DNA from: Nitrosopumilus sp.
GTDB lineage: Archaea > Thermoproteota > Nitrososphaeria > Nitrososphaerales > Nitrosopumilaceae
DNA: 64,000 bases
Reading direction: 5' to 3'
NCBI GenBank assembly: GCA_963662625.1
Contig: OY759726.1
Coordinates: 832,001-896,000, forward strand
Made by a program: the position numbers and the translations under genes. Position 1 is the first letter of the stretch; each line of letters opens with the position of its first letter. The notes below the pieces were generated by a model. The model saw nothing but the letters and a program-made list of their open reading frames with translations. It did not search any database and had not been told where the DNA came from. This document shows, one piece after another, positions 56,934 through 64,000 of this stretch.

Positions 56934-57842
56934 TCAGCCGTGAAGCACCCTCGCGCCGAGCCCGTCTATCTCCGACCTGATCAGCAGTCCGTCCGAATAC
57001 CTCTCCAGAATACCGGCGACTGCGCTTTCTTTCTCCCTTGGAACCATCGAAAACACCGTCTCGCCAAACAACGCAACGCCGCATTTGATCTGACGGGAGG
57101 ACAACGCCCCGACCACTTCTTCCATCCTCGGGGTCATCACCCGGATGCACTTTGCGAATTCCAGCGACATGTCTTGAAAATGCCCGTAGTCCCTTGTCTC
57201 CAGCAGCCTGTTCACCATCCCCTCCCCCACGCCGTTGATCCTCGACAGCCGTTCCTCGATGAACTTGTCCGTGGGGACCGGGGAGAAGCATATCACGCTT
57301 ACTGCCACCGGTTCCGCGTCGATCTTTTCCACCACGCCCGTCCCCGGGGCCCCCGGCTTCACCCTGATCTCGAACCCCCCGTGGTAGGATGCCAAGACAT
57401 CGCCCAGGCCCGTCCTGCATCTTATCTCTGCGTCGTGGGCAATCCGGCCGATCTCTGTCTTATCCAAGTTAGTTCCAAGCGCCCGATCCAACGCGTAGGC
57501 CAATGACAGCGCCACGGCTCCGCTCGACCCCAGGCCAAACCCCACAGGAACCGAGATCTCGTGTCTTATGTCGAAAAACATCCCGCCAAAATCGCCCCTC
57601 TCCAAAAAATCGCCCAGCACCGACTCCGAGACGTCCGTCCTGTCTGCCGGGTACCCGCCCTGCGTGATCTTAAAGCTGCCTTCCCGGCCGGCCCCCGGCA
57701 AGACCCTGACATGCGTCGTCACCCCCTCCTTGATGGAGAACCCGGCGCCCATGGAACCGAAATCTTCCGGCCGCCGCCCGTCGCCGATGTGCGCCTTGAA
57801 GAAGCCCGTTATGTGGGCCGGGCAGAATGCGGAAGCCTCCAT
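56934..57842 (-). CDS. Pantoate kinase (GHMP)
   Basis: PAHITGFF, PVGFGLGSSGA and TGLGDV. Confidence 0.92.
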   Translation of the reverse strand: MEASAFCPAHITGFFKAHIGDGRRPEDFGSMGAGFSIKEGVTTHVRVLPGAGREGSFKITQGGYPADRTDVSESVLGDFLERGDFGGMFFDIRHEISVPVGFGLGSSGAVALSLAYALDRALGTNLDKTEIGRIAHDAEIRCRTGLGDVLASYHGGFEIRVKPGAPGTGVVEKIDAEPVAVSVICFSPVPTDKFIEERLSRINGVGEGMVNRLLETRDYGHFQDMSLEFAKCIRVMTPRMEEVVGALSSRQIKCGVALFGETVFSMVPREKESAVAGILERYSDGLLIRSEIDGLGARVLHG

Positions 57843-57907
57843 TGCTCTAAGTTTAAATTCAACATAAAATATAAGAATATGGCTTAAATTAATTATATTG
57901 ATATAAA

Positions 57908-58891
57908 TTGCCTAAATTTGTTCGGCGCCTGCAGAGGATCGGAAGCAGCATGCTGGTATCGCTCCCGAAGGAATGGGTCGACGCGCACAACCTTGAAAAA
58001 AGCAGTCAGGTGGAACTGGAAACGGGGCAGGACAGCATATCCATCTCGGTCAGCAAGGATCTCCGCCCGACAAAGGAGCTCACGATCACATACCCGCTCC
58101 CCTTGGAAGAGAACATCGTGGCAGACATCACCGGCGCCTACCTGCTGGGGTATGACGCCATCCTGATCAATTCCAAGTCCACCCTGCCCGCGGAAGACAG
58201 GGAAAAGATCCGCAACTCGATGAGGCGCCTGGTGGGGATGGAGATCGTCGAAGAGGACTCTTTTCACATCACCATGCAGTTTCTCCTGGACGCCACGACG
58301 CTGAATCCCGAGAAAATCCTCAAGCGGATGAGCTCGATCTCCCTGGGCATGTACGACGACATCGTGAGCGGCCTGGTGGCAGACGACAGATCCAACCTGC
58401 AGACGCTGCCAAAGCGGGACGTGGAGGTCAACCGGCAGTATTTCCTGCTGGTCAGGCTGATACGCAGCACGCTCATCGACAAGAACTTGGCAAACGCGTT
58501 CAACCTGGAAAACATCGACATACTGGACTACCGGGTTGCCGCGAACCTGCTGGAGAACGCCGGCGACGCCATCGTCGAGCTTGCCAACCACCTGTATGCG
58601 TCAACGCTGTCAAACGACCACTCGGCCAAAATCCTCGACTTGGTCAGGAACTTCAACAGCCTGGCTGAGAAGTCGATCCGCGCGTTTACCACGCCCGACA
58701 GGCGCCTCGCAATCGAGGCGATATCGATGCACAGGGAGTACCAGGAAAGGCTCACGTCGTTCAGGACAAGCATGGCCAACAGGAAACACGTGCCGATCGA
58801 CGTCCTCGACCTAGTTTACATGTTCGAGAGGATTGCAAAGTCTTGGGCGGACGTGGCCGACCTCGTAAAGCCCATCTATAACGACGGCTAG
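57908..58891 (+). CDS. AbrB-PhoU phosphate uptake regulator
   Basis: RRLQRIGSSMLVSLPKEW N-terminus and PhoU helical repeats. Confidence 0.9.
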   Translation: MPKFVRRLQRIGSSMLVSLPKEWVDAHNLEKSSQVELETGQDSISISVSKDLRPTKELTITYPLPLEENIVADITGAYLLGYDAILINSKSTLPAEDREKIRNSMRRLVGMEIVEEDSFHITMQFLLDATTLNPEKILKRMSSISLGMYDDIVSGLVADDRSNLQTLPKRDVEVNRQYFLLVRLIRSTLIDKNLANAFNLENIDILDYRVAANLLENAGDAIVELANHLYASTLSNDHSAKILDLVRNFNSLAEKSIRAFTTPDRRLAIEAISMHREYQERLTSFRTSMANRKHVPIDVLDLVYMFERIAKSWADVADLVKPIYNDG

Positions 58892-59403
58892 CAGAGCTTC
58901 TTTCTTACTGCGTACGTGAGCACCGCGCAGATGGTCTTGGAATCCTGCACCTTCCCCTTTTTGATCATGCGGAGCAGTTTTTTCAGATCTACCTTCACCA
59001 CCGACAGTATCTCGTCGTCATCGAGTTTCAGGCCACCCGCCTTCTTCAACCCGGAGGCCAGGTAGCAGTGGATTGCCTCCGTGTTGTAGCCTATCGAGGG
59101 ATAGTACGTCACCATGTGCGTCATCTTCCTTGCCCTGTAGCCGGTCTCTTCCTCCAGTTCCCTGAAGGCGCACCTTGCAGGATCCTCCCCCCTTTCCAGC
59201 GTCCCCGCGGGAATCTCGAGCACGTACCCGTGGGGGAACCTGTGCTGCCTCACCAGCACGACATTCCCGTCCCCGTCAAGCGCAAGCACCGCGGCGGCCC
59301 CCCTGTGCTCGATCATCTCGCGCCTGACCCTTCTCCCCTCGATCTTCCCCTCATACACGCTGAGGCCCAGGATTTTCCCCTTGTAGATCTTTTTCTTCTT
59401 CAA
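58888..59403 (-). CDS. NUDIX hydrolase (ADP-ribose pyrophosphatase-like)
   Basis: GTLERGEDPARCAFRELEEETGY Nudix box. Confidence 0.93.
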   Translation of the reverse strand: MKKKKIYKGKILGLSVYEGKIEGRRVRREMIEHRGAAAVLALDGDGNVVLVRQHRFPHGYVLEIPAGTLERGEDPARCAFRELEEETGYRARKMTHMVTYYPSIGYNTEAIHCYLASGLKKAGGLKLDDDEILSVVKVDLKKLLRMIKKGKVQDSKTICAVLTYAVRKKLC

Positions 59404-59764
59404 CGCAACCTGTCACCCGCGTAATCTAATAAGCATATGCGGTAGCGCCCGCCTTTTGATCACCGGCGCACGCAGCGCGCCGGCGCGCGACGGGTGCCGG
59501 CAGGCAAGCGGGGCCCGGACGGCGGGCCCCGGAGGGGGCCATGGCGCGCCGGGGACGCGCTGCGCCGGCGGCCAGACGCGGGCGGCCCCGCGGTGCCGTC
59601 AAGGACCGCCGCGCCGCCGCCAGGGCGGCGGGCACGCAGCCTGCACGCGGCCCCCCGCCATGGAACGCGCGTCTTGGCGCCCGCCGCGCCGCCGGGAACG
59701 GTTCGCCATGTGCCGGCGCCGTTGCACAATTCTCATATACCAAACAGCCTGATCCAAAACCACA

Positions 59765-61948
59765 TTGAGGGTGGCCGTCATCTACAACAAAAAAACCATC
59801 GACCCGAAGGACGTCATCAGCATCTATGGCATAGCCACCAAGGAGCACTATAACCCAAAAACCGTTGAAAAGGTGGCAGAAGCGCTGGAAAAGGGCGGCC
59901 ACACCGTCAAGATCATAGAGGGCACGATGGGCTCGGTCGACGAGATGCACTCCTTCATGCCAAAGGTGGTCGCAGGAACGAACCCGGGCATGGTGTTTAA
60001 CATGGCGTACGGAATACAGGGACACGACAGGTACACGCACCTCCCAGCGATGCTGGAGATGCTGGGCGTACCGTACACCGGCTCGGGTCCCGAGGCCCAC
60101 GCCATAGTCCAGGACAAGGTGATGACAAAGATCGTGCTGCAGAAGAACCAGCTGCCGACTGCGAACTTTTGGGTGTTCTCCTCGCCCGAGGACAGCTTCG
60201 ACGACCTGACATTCCCGGTCATCGTGAAACCCAAGATGGAATCGACGTCCATGGGGATGAAGATCGTCCACAACTGGGACGATCTGCGCGCCGCGGTAAA
60301 AGAAGAGATTGAAAAATACCAGCAGGACGCGCTGGTCGAGCAGTTCATCCCGGGCAGGGAGTTCGCGGTGGGCGTGCTGGGAAACAGGAACCACCTCGAA
60401 GTCCTGCCCACCGTGGAATTCGCCCTGAAAGATCCAAACCAAATCCAGACAAAATCAGACAAGATGAAAGACCCGATTGAAAAGATCTGCCCCGCCAAAC
60501 TCGACCCGGGCGCCGAGGAGGACATGAAGAGCCTGTGCATCAAGGCATTCAACAAGCTCGGCCTGCACGACTATGCGAGGGTGGACATCAGGGTGGACGA
60601 GGAGGGGGACATGTACATCCTCGAGCTTAACTCGATGGCCAGCCTTGGCCAGACCGGGTCATTCGTGGCCGCCGCCAAGGCGGCAGGCTACACCTACGAA
60701 TCGTTGATAAACAAGATGCTGGACGTCGCGTCCGTCCGGCACTTTGGCGAGTCCCGGCTCCATGCCGCCGCGCAGGGGGATCTGGAAAAAGCGCACAGCC
60801 AGCCGCTGAGGATAGCTGCCAGAAGCTACCTCAGGAGCCACCTCGTGACCACGGTCCAGTTTCTGAGGCAGATGTCGGAGATCAACACGACGGTGCGGAA
60901 CGTGGAAAACGTAAACAGGCTCGGCAAGCTGGTCTCCCGGCGGCTCACGCACCTGGGATTCGAGGAACGCGTCCACCAGGAATTCGACGTGGGGGACATG
61001 CGGTATTTTGCAAACCACGAGGATCCCAAGAACGACGTCCTGCTGCTGTGCCACACCGACACCCCGTACAGCGCCCGGGATTTTACGCCGTTCAGGGAAG
61101 AAAGGGGCAGGATATTCGGGACGGGGGTGTCGGAAAGCAAGGGCGGAATGGCGGTCATGATCTCCGCGCTGCAGGCGCTGAGGTTCGCGCGGAAGCTTCG
61201 AAAGATAAGGTGCGGGATTCTGGTCACCACCGACGACAGCCTGGCCGGCGCGCATTCCAGGAAACTGATCGCCGAGCATTCAAAACACTCAAGACACGTC
61301 ATAGGCCTGAAATGGGGGGATCTCGACGGGGGCGTCATCACGTCGGGTTACGGGAGGGACGATTACAAGATAGAGCTGTCCAACATGCGTGAAACCGCCG
61401 GCCCCGACTCCCCGGGGCTGATACCCGCAGTCTGCAAAAAAATAATCGCGCTGGGCAGGCTGTCAAAAAAAGGCTCCAGCATAAGGGTGTCCTCGATGAA
61501 GGCCCACACGTCCTACGGGCGCGCCCCCGACTATGCGTCAGTCAGCGTCGTAACCAACTTTGCGACCAAGCAGCTTGGGGACGAAATCGAGCTGCAGCTC
61601 AGACAAACTCTTAAAAAACAAGACGCGATGAAGCTCAACGTGGAAATCACGAGGGGCACCAGGAGGGATCCCATAGTGGAGACCGTGGCAACAAGGAAGA
61701 TGCTTGGCATCGTCGCCGAGCAGGCCAAGCGGATTGACCTGCCCCTAAAGTCCTCCAGCCGCCTGATCTCTTCGGACATCAGTTACGTTCCGGAGGGCAT
61801 TCCCGCCCTGGACGGGATGGGGCCGCTCGGCGGGGAGCACCGCACCCCCAACGAGTTCGTTTTACGCGACAGCCTAATCGACAGGGCGCTGCTGCTTGCG
61901 CTGGTACTGCACGAGTGCTCGCCAGTTTCCCGGGAGCAGCCCCGATAG
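59765..61948 (+). CDS. D-Ala-D-Ala-ligase-like ATP-grasp domain fused to M20/M28-like peptidase domain
   Basis: GVPYTGS, QDK, IVKP...S.G, LVEQFIPGRE, YARVD and ELN in the N-half. LLLCHTDT, GRIFGTG and DGMGP in the C-half. Confidence 0.88.
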   Translation: MRVAVIYNKKTIDPKDVISIYGIATKEHYNPKTVEKVAEALEKGGHTVKIIEGTMGSVDEMHSFMPKVVAGTNPGMVFNMAYGIQGHDRYTHLPAMLEMLGVPYTGSGPEAHAIVQDKVMTKIVLQKNQLPTANFWVFSSPEDSFDDLTFPVIVKPKMESTSMGMKIVHNWDDLRAAVKEEIEKYQQDALVEQFIPGREFAVGVLGNRNHLEVLPTVEFALKDPNQIQTKSDKMKDPIEKICPAKLDPGAEEDMKSLCIKAFNKLGLHDYARVDIRVDEEGDMYILELNSMASLGQTGSFVAAAKAAGYTYESLINKMLDVASVRHFGESRLHAAAQGDLEKAHSQPLRIAARSYLRSHLVTTVQFLRQMSEINTTVRNVENVNRLGKLVSRRLTHLGFEERVHQEFDVGDMRYFANHEDPKNDVLLLCHTDTPYSARDFTPFREERGRIFGTGVSESKGGMAVMISALQALRFARKLRKIRCGILVTTDDSLAGAHSRKLIAEHSKHSRHVIGLKWGDLDGGVITSGYGRDDYKIELSNMRETAGPDSPGLIPAVCKKIIALGRLSKKGSSIRVSSMKAHTSYGRAPDYASVSVVTNFATKQLGDEIELQLRQTLKKQDAMKLNVEITRGTRRDPIVETVATRKMLGIVAEQAKRIDLPLKSSSRLISSDISYVPEGIPALDGMGPLGGEHRTPNEFVLRDSLIDRALLLALVLHECSPVSREQPR

Positions 61949-61960
61949 CACGTCCAGGGC

Positions 61961-63613
61961 ATGGCTTCGAGAAACAGGGGCGCCGACGTAGAAAACATCG
62001 AGGGGTCGTTTGAAAGCAGGCGCGACAAAACGGCCTCCGCTTCCAAGCGCGGAATGGTGGCCACCGCGTTTTCCCACGCCACAAAGGCGGGCGTGGAGAT
62101 GCTCAGGAAGGGGGGAAACGCGGTGGACGCCGCGTGTGCTTCCTCCCTGGCACTGGCGGTGTGCGAGCCGCAGGCCTCGGGAATAGGGGGCCAGACCATA
62201 GCCCTCATCCACGTTGGCGGCAAGACGATCGGGATAGACGGCTCAAGCAGGGTGCCGTCGCTTGCGCACTCCTCGGCATTTGCGAAGAGGGAGAGGCGGC
62301 TCGTCGGGTACAAGGCGGCCACAGTGCCCAGCACCGTCGCGACGATAGGCTATCTCAACGACCATTACGGGAGGCTCGACTGGCAGGAAATAATCAAACC
62401 CGCAATCAGGATCGCAAGGCGGGGGTACAGGATCACGAAACTGCAGCACGACTCGCAGGCGGGAGCCCTTGACCAGTTTTTCAAGGTGGGATCTAGGTCG
62501 GGGGCAAGGTACTTTCTCAAGGACGGCCAGGTCCCCTACGAAACCGGCGACCTGTTCGTGCAGGAGGATCTGGCAGAGACGCTCTCCTGCCTCAGCCGGC
62601 ACGGGCACCACTCGTTTTACCACGGGGCCATCGCCAGCCAGATAGACAAGGACATGAAGGCGCACAAGGGATACATAAGAAAGGAAGACCTCTCCCTGGC
62701 CCCGCTGCCTGTGGAGAGAAAGCCGATCCACAGGGCGTACCGGGGAACCAGGGTCTATTCCACGCCGCCTCCGGGAGCGGGAGACACGATGCTCCTCGCG
62801 GTGATGATGCTGGGCAACATTCCGAGGCGGCACATGAGGCACAAAAGCCCCTACACGTACCACTACATCTCCGAGACCCTCAGGAAGGCGCTGCTGTACA
62901 GGACCCAGAGGCCGTTTGATCCCCGCACATACCACCAAGTCAAGGACAGGATCCACCTCCACGCGGGATTCGCAAGAAACCTGTCAAGATCCATCATGGA
63001 CACGGTCGATCCCTCCCTCCCGCCGGAGGACGCCTCCTCCGATCTTGAAGACACCACCCACCTCTCCGCAATGGACTGCGAGGGGAACGCCGTAAGCATG
63101 ACCCAGTCAATCGAGCTGGTTTATGGCTCAAAGGCCGCGGCCGACGGCCTCGGGTTCCTGTACAACAACTACATGTCGGCACTGGAGTTTGAAAACCCGA
63201 ACCACCCGTTCTACCTGAGGCCAAACGCGGTCCCCTGGTCGTCGGTATGCCCCAGCATCGTGTTTTACAACGGCGAGCCGTGGGTTTCGGTGGGGAGCAC
63301 GGGCAGCGCGAGGATATTCTCCGTCGTGAGCCTGTTTCTTTCAAGGCTGCTCGACGAGGAGAACTCCATCTATGACGCAATGGAAAGGCCGCGCATGCAC
63401 TGCTCCCTTGACGGGACCGTCAGCATGGAGGGGGACAGCTCGTGGGACGGGGTGGCGGGCCACCTGGAAAGAAAGGGGTACAAGGTACGCACCCTGAAGC
63501 GGCACTCGTTCTATTTTGGCGCCCTGCACGCCGTCCTGAGGCGCCATGACGGCAGGGGCTTTCAGGGCGTGGCAGACGTCAGGCGGGACGGGACGGCGGA
63601 GGGGCTCCCATGA
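61961..63613 (+). CDS. ggt: Gamma-glutamyltransferase (Ntn hydrolase), no signal peptide
   Basis: GGNAVDAA, EPQASGIGG, TTHLS nucleophile, LYNNYM and DVRRDG. Confidence 0.92.
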   Translation: MASRNRGADVENIEGSFESRRDKTASASKRGMVATAFSHATKAGVEMLRKGGNAVDAACASSLALAVCEPQASGIGGQTIALIHVGGKTIGIDGSSRVPSLAHSSAFAKRERRLVGYKAATVPSTVATIGYLNDHYGRLDWQEIIKPAIRIARRGYRITKLQHDSQAGALDQFFKVGSRSGARYFLKDGQVPYETGDLFVQEDLAETLSCLSRHGHHSFYHGAIASQIDKDMKAHKGYIRKEDLSLAPLPVERKPIHRAYRGTRVYSTPPPGAGDTMLLAVMMLGNIPRRHMRHKSPYTYHYISETLRKALLYRTQRPFDPRTYHQVKDRIHLHAGFARNLSRSIMDTVDPSLPPEDASSDLEDTTHLSAMDCEGNAVSMTQSIELVYGSKAAADGLGFLYNNYMSALEFENPNHPFYLRPNAVPWSSVCPSIVFYNGEPWVSVGSTGSARIFSVVSLFLSRLLDEENSIYDAMERPRMHCSLDGTVSMEGDSSWDGVAGHLERKGYKVRTLKRHSFYFGALHAVLRRHDGRGFQGVADVRRDGTAEGLP

Positions 63614-64000
63614 GCAGGCTCCCCGTGCTGCTGTCAATACCGCACGGCGGGACGGCGACGCCGCCCGAGCTTGCGGATCGCCTGTGCATCGCGGAGAATG
63701 ACCTGTTTGACGACGGGGATCCCTTCACCTGCCAAATCTACGACCTGGGTGGCAGGGCCGAGAAGGTGATCGCCGCGGACATCGCGCGCGCCTTCGTTGA
63801 TCCGAACCGCTCGCTGCAGGAGATGCCGCCCGAGAGCCGCGACGGCGTCATCAAAAGCATGACATGCTACAAAAAACCCATCTACGCCGAGGGCAGGGAG
63901 CCCGGCGAAGTGCTACGGAAGGCCCTCGTTGAACGGTACTACATGCCGTACCACAGGAAGATCCAGAAAGCGCTTGCGCAGTCAGACTTGCAGCTGTGCC
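63610..64000 (+). CDS. N-formylglutamate amidohydrolase family protein (3' end outside window)
   Basis: Hand translation MSRLPVLLSIPHGG...DPFT...RAFVDPNR...YYMPYH. ATGA overlap with ggt. Confidence 0.88.
   Translation, partial: MSRLPVLLSIPHGGTATPPELADRLCIAENDLFDDGDPFTCQIYDLGGRAEKVIAADIARAFVDPNRSLQEMPPESRDGVIKSMTCYKKPIYAEGREPGEVLRKALVERYYMPYHRKIQKALAQSDLQLC

Noticed and set aside
59430-59760. Structured RNA or REP-like repeats in the GC-rich spacer (also 31780-31930, 39550-39860)
   Set aside because: Pairing is expected by chance at this GC level and no consistent repeat unit was found. Most likely eroded DNA.
59765-60740. Peptidoglycan ddl gene
   Set aside because: The host is archaeal, no mur genes are present, and the domain is fused to a peptidase-like domain.
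1-64000. Many long overlapping ORFs in the ORF track (e.g. 3659-5056, 13020-14111, 30443-31219, 59426-60442)
   Set aside because: They are antisense or alternate-frame shadows caused by high GC: Arg/Gly/Pro-rich, with no motifs.

Overview
Core-chromosome segment of an ammonia-oxidising archaeon (Thaumarchaeota/Nitrososphaeria, Nitrosopumilaceae-like). It is visibly GC-rich, like sponge-associated Cenarchaeum-type lineages; the taxonomy is inferred from gene content. The window holds the likely replication origin: ORB-like repeats and an AT-rich unwinding element upstream of cdc6, flanked by both PolD subunits. Housekeeping genes include glyA, GGGP synthase, glnA, rpoL-tfs-pcn, lysC, tyrS, cbiE/cbiH/bluB, rtcA, nadM, egsA, psmB-aCPSF1, sepF and the archaeal CoA operon. 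There are two tRNAs, one with a D-loop intron. Less ordinary items: (1) a ~300-nt, end-closed, highly structured intergenic RNA candidate (26774-27071) that matches neither SRP nor RNase P hallmarks; (2) four DNA-binding genes beside the origin, one membrane-anchored, with clustered short motifs; (3) a bacterial-type operon of an ATP-grasp/M20 fusion, a gamma-glutamyltransferase and an N-formylglutamate amidohydrolase; (4) several microproteins missed by the ORF track, including a metallothionein-like 37-mer and a tandem paralogous pair; (5) a tandem duplication and pseudogenes whose decay is dominated by A:T->G:C changes. No CRISPR array, transposase or integrase was recognised.
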